64,000 nt of DNA from Octopus vulgaris (Eukaryota), in contig OX597828.1 of the NCBI GenBank assembly GCA_951406725.2, positions 44,640,001-44,704,000 of the forward strand. Direction: 5' to 3'. The position numbers and the translations under genes were made by a program. Below, piece after piece: positions 24,880-36,359 of this stretch. Under the pieces are notes generated by a model that had not been told where the DNA came from, ran no database searches, and worked only from the letters and a program-made list of their open reading frames with translations. How positions within the stretch are numbered: position 1 is the first letter of the stretch; each line of letters starts with the position of its first letter.

Positions 24880-25258
24880 CATTTCAGTCGTTTCACTGTA
24901 GCCATGTTGGAGCAATGCCTTAAAGGATTTTAGTTGAAGAAATCGACCCCAGAACTTATTCTTTGGAAGTCTAGTTCTTATTCTATCAGTCTCTTTTGCT
25001 GAACCGCTAATTTACAGGGACATAAACACACCAGCATCGGTTGTTAAGTGTTGGCAGGGGATAAACGCATAGATTGCCTTTAATCAAATCTGTCAACATA
25101 TGGAGTGGCTGTGTGGTAAGTAGCTTGCTTACGAACCATATGGTTCCAGGTTCAATCCCACTGCATGGCACCTTGGGCAAGTGACTTCTACTATAGCCTT
25201 GGGCCGACCAAAGCATTATGAGTGCATTTGGTAGATGGAAACTGAAACAAACCCGTCA

Positions 25259-25260
<2 letters not shown>
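24880..25260. mobile_element. SINE family A halves in opposite orientation
   Basis: 3' half on minus (24880-25070), 5' half on plus (25101-25260). Confidence 0.75.
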
Positions 25261-25306
<46 letters not shown>

Positions 25307-25425
25307 AATATTTAGCTACAAGTACTGTATTCAATCTCTTTGAACTTGTTAATGTGCAACTTGCATTTCATTGCATAGCACATAACAGTAAAATACACTG
25401 TATGTGTGTGCATGTATGTATGTAT

Positions 25426-25777
25426 TTCCTGGAAAGTTCCAAGGATGGGACTTCGTGGATAATTCTGAGAATGGGACTTCCTGGAAAATTCATAGGATTT
25501 CATGGAAAGTTCCGAGGATGGGACGTCATGGAAATTCCCGAGGGTTTCGTGGAAAGTCCGAGGATTTAGGACTTCCTGGAAAGTTTCAAGTTTGGGAGTT
25601 CCTGGGGAGTTCCGAGGAGTATTTGGAGAGTTCCGGGGATTTCCTGGAATGTTCCAAGGACTTCCTGGAAAGTTCCGATGATTTACTGGAATGTTCCAGG
25701 GATTTTGGTACTTCCTGGAAATTTACGAGGATTTCCTGGAAAGTTCCGAGGATTTTGGGACTTCCTGGGAAGTTCTG
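25426..25777. repeat. Degenerate 21-30-bp minisatellite built on ggacttcctggaaagttccgagga
   Basis: Over a dozen imperfect units; TTCCTGGAA occurs seven times. Confidence 0.85.
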
Positions 25778-26379
25778 AGCATGGGAGTAACTTCAATTTC
25801 CGCTAATCATAGAGCAGAAATTGAAAGAAAATATATATATGAAGTGGACGTGTGTGTGTGCGTGCCTGCTTGCATGTATGTATGCGAGAGAGAAAGAGGG
25901 TGAGAAAGAGAGATAGACGATAGTTGATTTATGGAAAAGATTATGTTAAATGGTGGCTAGACCTGGTAGAAAAAGCTGCCAAATCTCCTGGAAAACACCC
26001 TACTATCTTAATCGAATAATTCTGCCTATTATATAGTTTGAGTGAGAAACTGTAAGTAAAGATTAAGATTATTAACCCCACAAAGGGGTGAAAGAAGAGA
26101 GATAGCATAGCAAAAGTTTTGGCTGACTCTCTTGTTGCTAGCGAAATGGTATATGTTGGCTGTGTGAACAACTGGTTGTTTTAATGGTGGAACAAACAGG
26201 GGAATTCCATCAGAAAAGTTTTAATCAATTTTTCTTGGTAACTATGGGAGCTATGAAAAAAATACAAACCACATTCCAATCTATGCACCCGTCTCCAAAT
26301 GTGTGCCATTTTTTAAGTGAATCCACCCAGCCATTTGGCTGTGAACATCAAGACCAGAAAGAATACAACAATCGCCCAT

Positions 26380-26698
26380 GTCCCGTGCCAATGACACGTA
26401 AAAAGCACCATCCGAACGTGACCGATGCCAGCGCTGCCTTGACTGGCTTCCTTGCCGGTGGCACGTAAAAAGCACCAATCTGATCGTGGCCGTTGCCAGC
26501 CTTGCCTGGCACGTAAAAAGCACCCACTACACTCACGGAGTGGTTGGCGTTAGGAAGGGCATCCAGCTGTAGAAACATTGCCAGATAAGACCGGGGCCTG
26601 GTGCAGCCTTCTGGCTTCCCAGTTCCCCGGTCGAACCGTCCAACCCATGCTAGCATGGAGAACGGACGTTAAATGACGATGATGATGATGATGATGAT
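26380..26698 (+). mobile_element. RTE LINE 3' UTR fragment
   Basis: Conserved 3' end and (GAT)n tail; directly followed by a SINE A 3' half (26700-26932). Confidence 0.85.
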
Positions 26699-27435
26699 AT
26701 GTATATGTGTGTGTATATGTGTGTGTATATGTTTGTGTGTCTGTGTTTGTCCCCGCAACATCGCTTGACAACCGATGCTGGTGTGTTTACATCCCCGTAA
26801 CTTAGTGGTTCAGCAAAAGAGATCGATGGAATAAGTACTAGGCTTACAAAGAATAAGTTCTGGCGTCAATTTGCTTGACTAAAGGTGGTGCTCCAGCATG
26901 GCCACAGTCAACTGGCTGAAACAAGTAAAAGAGATATATGTACATGTGTGCGTGCGCATGTGCATGTGCGTGTGCGTATTTGTGCTTCTATTAGTAGTGT
27001 ATACTATATTTTGTCATCATATGATGGTTGTAAATGAACATCACCGTCATACAAGCAGTGTGCATTCCTAACTTTTCATGAAAATATGACCATCCATGGG
27101 GAAATATTAGCTTGCTTAGAAACAAGTGAGTGTTAGTGATAGAGAGGGCATCCAGCAGTAGAAAACTTGCTTCAACTAATTCCAGTGACCCATGCAAGCA
27201 TGGAAAAGTGGATGTCATGTGACAATGATGATGATGATAAAGAATTCCTGTGGACAAGATGCCAATCCACTAGAAGTAAACTTTGAGTTACTACTGTTTA
27301 TTGATGTGTCAGTTCCTCCCTTTTTAGTTGCAAAGGCTGTTTTAATGTCAAATAAAGTGCATTGCTCAAGGATGTAATTCTTTCATTTAGGGCAATGATC
27401 ATGCTGGAATACTTCCATAAAGAGCTTAATTGGAT

Positions 27436-28520
27436 CTAGGACAATTCACCGTAAGGTATTTCACCATAGGACAATTGACCATAGGACTATTCGCTGTAAA
27501 GACAATTCACCGTATGGATATTTTGCCGCAAGGTCATTTTGTAGTAAAACATAAGAAGGAAAAAATAAAAATAAAAATAAACTAGGTGTAGGAGTGGCTG
27601 TGTGGTAAGTAGCTTGCTTACGAACCACATGGTTCCGGGTTCAGTCCCACTGCGTGGCACCTTGGGCAAGTGTCTTCTACTATAGCCTCAGGCTGACCAA
27701 AGCCTTGTGAGTGAATTTGGTAGACGGAAACTGAAAGAAGCTCGTCGTATATATTTATATATATATATATATGTATGTATGTGTATGTGTATGTGTATAT
27801 GTTTGTGTGTCTGTGTTTGTCCCCCCAACATCGCTTGACAACCGATGCTGGTGTGTCTACGTCCCTGTGACTTAGCGGTTTGGTAAAAGAGACAATAGAA
27901 TAAGTATTAGGCTTACAAAGAATATGTCCTGGGGTCGATTTGCTTGACTAAAAGGTGGTGTTCCAGCATGGCCACAGTCAAATGACTGAAACAACTAAAA
28001 GAGTAAAAGAGAGAGTAAAACTAAAAATAAAATTTAAAATAATGAAGATCTTACACTTCATTTAAAAACTAAAAAGCTAAAAAACTAAAAAGCTAAAAAT
28101 CCTGTAAATTCTTTGGAATTGCATGCAAATAATGTTCTTTCTGATTTTGATCATAACCTCTGACAACGTTGAGTAAGTGCGTATAAACATCTTTGTATTT
28201 TTTAAATAAACGTTAAACGACCTTTCTGCTTTTAAATTCTCATTTCAGCAATTAACGATGCAGTTTCAAATTTAAACGACTTCAAATTTAAACGACTTCA
28301 AATTTAAACGTATCATTTCTGTAATTACCAAAAATTACTTCAAAAATGAATACTATTCCTTTATCTACCTTATTTAATTAATGATGTAATTACAAGTTTC
28401 TAAGCTTTACGGCAAAATGTTCTTGCAGCGAAATATCCATACAATGAATTATTTTACGGCAAAGAGACCTATGGTCAATTGTCCTACAGCAAATTTGCTT
28501 ACAACAAATTTTCCAATCAC
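27436..28520. mobile_element. Foldback/MITE with inverted arrays of ~15-bp subterminal repeats, interrupted by a SINE
   Basis: Left array aggacaattcaccgta / aggacaattgaccata (27438-27550); right inverted array tatggtcaattgtccta (28405-28515). Confidence 0.65.
27584..28020 (+). mobile_element. SINE family A (full length)
   Basis: Family head, body and tail. Confidence 0.9.
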
Positions 28521-28852
28521 CATTTAATTGTTTACTATTCAGATTACTCTGTCAAATATAATGCTTATTTATTTACACTGTTCTGAATTAATTAAGCTGT
28601 ATCTTGTAGCTTCATGATTTTGATGTGTTTGTTTATCTTTAACATGACATTTTTAAGTAGGTGTGTGAAGCCAGATCTGGATGGTTTCAACATATAAGAG
28701 TATCTCTACAGAATTTTTATACACTTTAGAGCCAACATTGAAAGTTATGTTATGATGTTTGTCGTATACAAATACACTGATATAAACAATGTGATCGAAG
28801 ACAGAAAAATCGTCTGTCCGAACATTTTAACGCCCTCTATTATATTTTTGTT

Positions 28853-28986
28853 ATGTAAAAAGCACCATCCGATTGTGGCTGTTGCCAGCCTCACCTGACC
28901 CCCAGTGCCTTCTGGCTTCCCAGACCCCAGTTGAACAATCCAACCCATGCTAGCATGGAAAACGGACGCTAAATGATGATGATGAG
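28853..28986 (+). mobile_element. RTE LINE 3' tip with internal deletion
   Basis: cccatgctagcatggaaaacggacgctaaatgatgatg. Confidence 0.8.
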
Positions 28987-28989
28987 GAT

Positions 28990-29014
<25 letters not shown>

Positions 29015-29021
<7 letters not shown>

Positions 29022-29578
29022 ACAAGATAAATTCTAATACCAGATACGCCGAAACAAAAAATTGTCGATATGCTGGCCATTGATAAAATTTTTTCCCCAA
29101 AAAATTTTATCCTATATTAATTATAAATAGATTAGTGTTCACTTCCAGATTCTATCACTCTGTGAAAGTTTCTAGTTCGAATCACACGTGTCTTGAGGTG
29201 CGCCGAAGATTTTTCTATTTTGGATATATTTGGGGTACTTAAGTCTGCTCGGGACTTGGTGCTTGCTTCTTCCATGGGTATGAATAAGTATTTCGTTTAT
29301 ATCTCGCGTATGTGCCGATGAAGAGGGGAAAATTTCTTGTGAATTAACCCTGAAATTGGACCAATACGGTAATAACAAATTTTTTAGAGATTTCTATCGG
29401 TTTGTTTCGAGACGCATAAATTTAATGGTTATCGACAATTTTTTGTTTCGGCGTATCTGGCATTAGAATTTTTCTTCTGCCCTTATCTTGTAAATTATGT
29501 ATAAATTTTACCTTTAAAGGCATTTTTTGATATGCTGGCCATTGATAAAATTTTTTCCCGAAAAAATTTTATCCTATA

Positions 29579-29585
<7 letters not shown>
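29015..29585 (+). mobile_element. Penelope-like terminal-repeat remnant (direct repeat plus 5' inverted segment)
   Basis: 29067-29121 is directly repeated at 29530-29583, and 29017-29070 is inverted at 29430-29497. Internal motif CCGATGAagaggg...ccctGAAATTGGACCAATA. Flanked by (TA)n. Confidence 0.6.
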
Positions 29586-29609
<24 letters not shown>

Positions 29610-29627
29610 CTAAATTTTGCTGAACTT

Positions 29628-29669
<42 letters not shown>

Positions 29670-30519
29670 AAGTTCAGCAAAATTTAGATTCAGATGAATA
29701 TGGTACTTAATTTAAAGGCACCAGAATTTGGTATGGTATTATCCATATAAGTCAAAAGGGGTGATTATAATCAAAATAAGCAACATGGATATCCAAGGTA
29801 GTGTAGTACAATCGTTTCATGCTGCTTCATTTTATTAAACAATGTAAGTATTACATCAGTTTTAAAATGTAGAGCAATCTTCAGCCACATATAGAATTTT
29901 TTAATTGAATAGGCAATGTACATTTTTATACTTATTCCATTTGCCAACATTACAAAGAGGGTAGATATATAGACAGAGAGGTTAATTTCATCATTAAGAA
30001 CATGGTAGTAGAAGGTCCTTCTCCATGGGCAGATTTTTTATCACTGAGTTCACTTTGTTATTTAGATTTACCAGTGGGGAGGGTTTTTTTTATTTTTTAA
30101 AACATCAAATGGTTATGGGGGTAAAACAGAAATGAAAGGGGTCCACTGGCAGAAAGTCAGTGTTCTGGGCTTTTGAAAGCCTCTGGAGGGGGAAAAATAC
30201 CCCCTCTTATTTGAAAACAATCAAAGATTGGTGATAGGAATAGCATCCCAACCACAAAATTTTGCCTTAAAGAATTCTATCTACTCCTTACATGCATGGA
30301 AAAGGGGATGATGATGATGTATGAAAGCGTAATTTGAGGGAGATTTGGTTGCTATTTTTAAATTATCAAGCAGCCATGTAGAGGCTCCACTTCTGTAGCT
30401 GTAGCTATTTGATTCCTGACAGTAGTGACAGGGTACGTAAGTGGGTGGAAAGTTAAGTCGGGTGACATATAGATTACAGATACAGGTAGGTGATCATTTT
30501 TAAAAATAGATATCAGATA

Positions 30520-31810
30520 CCAGGATGGTTTGATGGTTTAGGGTGGATGGGGTGGAAGAATAGGGTAGATGGTTGGGGTAGGTTGGAGGAGTAGATTGAG
30601 AGGTGGATGGAGAAGTGTAGGGTGGATTGCAGATTGCAGGATGGATGGAATGATGGATAGGTGAGGGGTGGATGGAAAGGTGGATGAAGAGAATGGATGG
30701 AGGGGTTGATGCAAGGAGTGAATTGAGGGGTGGATCGAGAAAAGATGGGTGGATGGAGGGATAGGTGGGATGGGTGGATGGTGAGGTTAGATGGAAGGGA
30801 TAGATGGAGGGGTAGATGTGTGAATTGCTGGGTGGATGGATGGATGAAAGGGTGGATAGTTGGAGTGGGTGGGTAGGTAGAGGGCTTGAAAGGTGCATGG
30901 AACGATATAGAGGTGAGATGGGTGAAAGGGAGAATGGAGTTTATGGAGGGAGTGAGTGGGTGGATAGGTGCATGGGTGCATGGGTGCATGGAAGGATGGA
31001 TGGGTGGGTAGATGGGGTGAATGGAGCAGTGGATGGTTGCTTGGAAGGGTGTTAGGTAGGGTTGGTGGAGAAACAGATGAATGGATGGATGGATGAAAGT
31101 ATTGAAGGGAGGAATTGCAAGTTTAGAAGGGTTAACTCAAAGACTAAGAGATGTGATGGGGGAGGAAGAGGAGAAGGAAAACAATGATGATGGAGCTGAT
31201 GAAGATGCTGATGATGATAACGATGATGATGACAATTATGAAGACAGATATGACGGCGATGATGATGATGATAAACAGGAAGAAGAAGAAGAAGAAGAAG
31301 AAGAAGAAGAAGAAGAAGAAGAAGAAGAAGAAGAAGAAGAAGAAGAAGAAGAAGAAGAAGAAGAAGAAGAAGAAGAAGAAGAAGAAGAAGAAGAGAGGAA
31401 AAAGAAAGAGATGAAGAAAAGCAGAGAGAAGAGGGAGAGAAAAACGAAGATAAGGAAGAAGTGATGAAGAAAGAAGATGAGAGGGATGAGGAGGGATGAG
31501 GAAGGATGAGGAAGGATGAGGAAGGATGAGGAAGGATGAGGAAGAGGAAGAAGGAAAGGAGATAGAAGTGTAGGAGAGAGGAATAAAATATAATGAATGA
31601 ATGAATGAATGAATGAATGAAGGATGGTAAGCTGGAAGAAAGAAAGAAAGAAAGAAGCTGGAAGAATGAAAGAAAGAAAGAATGACAGAAAGAAAGAAAG
31701 ATAAAGAAAGAGAGAAAAAAGATGACTGGTTTGAACAAATGAGCGAAAGAATTAAAACACAGAATGAAAGAAAGAAAGAAAGAATGACAGACAAACGAGA
31801 AAGCAAAATG
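30520..31810. repeat. Strand-biased purine-rich low-complexity block: (GGAT)n-like, (GAT)n, (GAA)n 31278-31393, (GAAA)n
   Basis: Direct inspection. Confidence 0.9.
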
Positions 31811-32499
31811 GAAGAACGAATCTCCTTTACTATTTAATATAAAAATTAAATAAAACAAAACAAGACAAAAAACAATGAAACTTTTATTGATTTTAATTCC
31901 ACTAATCAATGAGTAGATTCCCAAGAGTCAGACTCTGCCCTACCACCTGCTTCTTGTCCTTCCTCCCCCAGCCCCCACGGCAACACAACACTCCACCTCT
32001 TCAGGTCAAAGGAGAAACTATCTGTACGGTTCGTATTTCAAGCATATTTCAAGAACGACTATGAAGTCACACACTGTTTCTTTTGTTCTAAAAATTCCTT
32101 CAATGAATAAAAAGATAAAACGAAAAATAAAAAAAAAAATAAAGGGGGGAAAAATATATTTACAAAAAAAAAAAAATGTAAGAAGAAAAATTTAAAAACA
32201 AAAAAAAACAGTAAAAAAGAAATCAATAAGGAAATTCACATGATTCTGAATATTGATCTGCGGAAACATTTCACTCTTCGGCTGTTTTAGATGTTAATTC
32301 TGTTCTGCTTGTAAGTGTGTGCATGTGTGTATATATATATTCATATACATACATACATAATACATACATACATATATATATATAAATATATATATATGTA
32401 ATTATTTATACATACCTATGTATTTGTATATATATATATATATGCACACGCACACACACATATATATATGCATATATATGTATTAATATGTATATGTAT

Positions 32500-32542
<43 letters not shown>

Positions 32543-32768
32543 CATACCTATATACATATGTACATTGTTGTGTGTTTGTATGTACCAGTGGTTGTACACA
32601 TATGTGTGTATTTGCAAGTCTGTTTCTGTATGTGTAAACATATATAAAAACATACATTTATACATCATAAAAAAATACATGCACACACAAACACACACAC
32701 ACACATGTGCATAGACATAGTGTGTATATATATACACACATATATGTATATAAATGTATATGCATATA

Positions 32769-33206
32769 TGGCCTCCGTGCTGAGGGCACGTAACAAACAC
32801 CATCCGAGCGTGGCCGTCCGCCAGCCTCGTCTAGCACCTGTGTCGGTGACACATAAGAAAACACCATCCGAGCGTGGCCGTCTGCCAGCCTCGTCTGGCA
32901 CCTGTGTCGGTGGCACATAAAAAACACCATCCGAGCGTGGCCGTCTGCCAGCCTCGTCTGGCACCTGTGTCGGTGGCACATAAAATCACCCACTACACTC
33001 TCGGAGTGGTTGGCGTTAGGAAGGGCATCCAGCTGTAGAAACACTGCCACATCTGACTGGCCTGGTGCAGCCTTCGGGCTTCCCAGACCCCAGTTGAACC
33101 GTCCAACCCATGCTAGCATGGAAAGCGGACGTTAAACGATGATGATGATGATGATGATGATGATGATATATAGCATGGAAAGCGGACGTTAAACGATGAT
33201 GATGAT
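32769..33206 (+). mobile_element. RTE LINE 3' UTR fragment with three 63-64-bp tandem units and a duplicated 3' tip
   Basis: caccatccgagcgtggccgtc starts at 32798, 32862 and 32925; a second tip tagcatggaaagcggacgttaaacgatg begins at 33171. Confidence 0.88.
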
Positions 33207-33276
33207 ATATATATACATACATATATATAGACGTATATATGCATGTGTATATGTGTATGTATATACATATATATAA

Positions 33277-33319
<43 letters not shown>

Positions 33320-34249
33320 TATATACATATGTATATATATGTATGCATGTGTATATATGTATGTATGTAATTTAATTACAAGTTAGTATAATTATCTTAT
33401 ACTCTTTATTTAGGCAGGTTTTGATTAAATACACGACTAGTAGAATTTATCTATCATGATTTAAAGGTAACTCTAATTAGTTTAATTAGAACTGGCTGTA
33501 TATTGATTTCTTTATGTTCAGGAAAAATACAGGGTTAAATGAGTTTTTATCATTGCCCTTTGACATTTCTAACGATAAAGACTAGAGCACTACTTAAGAG
33601 AATTAGTGCAAAAATAATTAATGCGCTATGATATTGCTCCAGATTGGTCTTTGCTGTGAAGGTGAAAAGCTAGTTTAAATATTGAAAGGGTTACAAGAAC
33701 TATTAACACTAACAGAGGCAACAGCAGCAATGAAGCTCCGGCGTGGGTGGTGGGTGGGTGATGAACCCCGCTGTACTCTTTCACCACAACTTTCTCTCAC
33801 TCATTCTTCTTACTTCTGCCACAAAGCAGAGGAATCATGGTGTAACCCACTATGGTGTGGTAAACTTTCGGACCCTAGTCTAGATTGCGAATCCTCTGTA
33901 CCCCAGGATGGTTCAGCTCTCCACCCATTAAAAGCCACCGTTTACGGGATGTGGATAACAACATAGCTTTCGCACCCGTGCAACCGTCAGTCTATTCGGG
34001 TGTGGTGGGTGGATCTTTAAGTTGCCACACGCATTCTTAGTAGCTTAGAGTAGGCTCGAATTGGAGATTATTCTTTGTGGTTAATGGCGTGATTCCTGAT
34101 TGGAAGAAGAAGAAGAAGAAGAAGAAGAAGAAGAAGAAGAAGAAGAAGAAGACAGCAGCAATGATTACAACAAACATTGTCAACATCATCATGATGTCCA
34201 ATACTGCTTGCTACTACCACTAACAACAACAACAACATTGATGACCACC

Positions 34250-34582
34250 ACCACCACCACTGCCACCATTGTCAACGCCACTTCCACTACCACCTAAACC
34301 ATGATCACCATTACTACTACCACCATCACCATCATCATTGTCATCATCATAGTATTCAATGTGATCATTCTCATCATTGTTATTGTCCTCAACATTGTCT
34401 TCACCACCGACACCACCACTACCAGCATCACCACCACCATCATCATCATCGTCGTCATCATCGTCATCATCATCATCGTCATCATCGTCATCATCATCAT
34501 TATCGTCATCATCGTCATCATCGTCATCATCGTCATCATCGTCATCATCATCATCATCATCATCATCACCATCATCACCATC
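34250..34582. repeat. (CAT/CAC/CGT)n trinucleotide tract
   Basis: Direct inspection. Confidence 0.9.
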
Positions 34583-34989
34583 GTTTTAAATCCACTCTTC
34601 ATGCTGGCTTGAGTCAGAACGACCATGATGGGTTGACTGACACAATCTCATTTGTACATTTAATTTTTGGCCTCGTTTCTATGACTAGATGTCTCTTCTT
34701 AACATCAACCACCTTGGATGCACTTTATCATGGCACCAGCACTAGTCAGGTTGCCAGGTACTCAACAACACTAAAGAGCCCTCTAAGTCGCACATTTCCA
34801 CTCCCTCATTCACTCACTAACAACTTTACAACAAACTATATATGTATAAATATGTACATATTAATGTTTGTTTTTATGTTCAGTTATGGAAATGATTTTA
34901 CATTAATTTGATGGATTGCTCTATATTTTTGTGGAGTTCAAGTTTATTATTCTTATACAAGGATGCTGTTGACAGTGACTGCAGTCAGT

Positions 34990-35883
34990 GAGAAACTTTC
35001 CTATATGCATAAACAGTCTTGTCACCCCAATGTAGTATTTAAAAACCTGATAACTAAGATAAGTAATAGAGTTTCTAACCTCTTTTCCACAAAAGAAATT
35101 TTTGACAAAGCAGCCCCTATTACAACAATGCCCTAGCCAATAGTGGTTTTAAGTATAAATTGATATATAACCCCTCTAACATTAATTGGAATAATAACAA
35201 TAGACCTAAAAACAGACCTGGAAAATATTTTAGTTCATCCCACCACCTTTCCCTTAATGTAGAATCTAACTTAGGTAAAAGATTCCTGTCTCTCTTAGAC
35301 AAATATTTTCCAGAAAATTACAGGTGCAGGAAAATATTTAGCAGGTACTCAGTGAAAATATTATATAGCTGATGCCCTAATATGAAAAGCATCATTACAT
35401 GAGAACAACACCAAGAGCTCACTCTCACTTGTAACTGTCAAGACACAGTGACCTGTCCACTTGACCAGGGATGTATGATTAATTCTGTCATATATGAGGT
35501 AGAAGTTACAGCAACGCTAGATGATAACAACCAATTAGAAGAGCTGTATCAGATTATGTGAAGGTGAATTAAAAAATCGCTATGCTAATCATATATCTTC
35601 CTTGCAACACAGGAACAAAAGTAAAGCTACTAAATTGGCTAGCCACATATAGAATTTGAAGTTAAATGCCACATATAATAAAGTGGAAAATAGTTGAAAA
35701 TCCACTCCATATGTTACTGAACCAAAAAAATGTAGGCTATGCATAGCTGAAAGAACTCAGATACTTTTCAGATCTAAGAACTCTAACACATTGCTGAATT
35801 CTAGATACAAAATTTGCAGCAGTTGTGAGCATATGTCTAAGTTCCTGTTAACAAACTGGAAAGTACCACCCTCTCCGGATTGA
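34990..35883 (+). pseudogene. Penelope-like element ORF remnant (RT C-terminus, Cys-rich linker, GIY-YIG endonuclease)
   Basis: YMHKQSCHP...FDKAAPYYNNALANSGF...NVESNLGKRFLSLLDKYFP...IFSRYSVKILYS*CPNM...CNCQDTVTCPLDQGCMINSVIYEVEVT...KNRYANH...CRLCIAERTQI...LLNSRYKICSSCEH. Multiple stops and frameshifts. Confidence 0.85.
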
Positions 35884-36100
35884 GCAACTCTATCACGGAG
35901 TCTAAACTACTATACCTTCAGCCTTATATGTTATGGTCTAAAGGGAAATAACTCTAATTACCTCTTTTGCTTCTTTCTGATTTTGTTTTTGCTTCCATGT
36001 TTTTCAACCTTCCATTTTTATATCTATTTTTTTCTTATCTTTTCTCGCTTTTTTCCTCATTCTATCATCCCAGTTTCAGTTTCTTTATGCTATGTGAGCA

Positions 36101-36185
36101 GTGCCTGATGATTGTGCTAGGACATGAGACATGTTAAAAAATACTGTCTGGCATGCTCTCAGCACATGGAAACTATTAGTAACAC
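36101..36185 (+). ncRNA. Type I hammerhead ribozyme motif in the Penelope 3' repeat
   Basis: gtgc-CTGATGA (36105-36111); long stem II (tgtgct/agcaca, catg/catg, agaca/tgtct); GAAAC (36169-36173)-TATTA-GTA-acac. The first stem I pair is a C/A mismatch. Confidence 0.65.
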
Positions 36186-36318
36186 ATAAAAACATGTACT
36201 GTATTTATTGAATAACTATGTCAAATAGTCTCAAAGCATTGCTCCAGCATGGCTGCAGTCAACTGACTGAATCAGGTAAAAAAAATAAAGGAATATATTT
36301 GTGTGTGTGTGTGTATGC

Positions 36319-36355
<37 letters not shown>

Positions 36356-36359
<4 letters not shown>

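Noticed and set aside
31052-31924. Poly-Glu/Leu/Phe ORFs
   Set aside because: Translations of (GAA)n and (GAAA)n low-complexity sequence.
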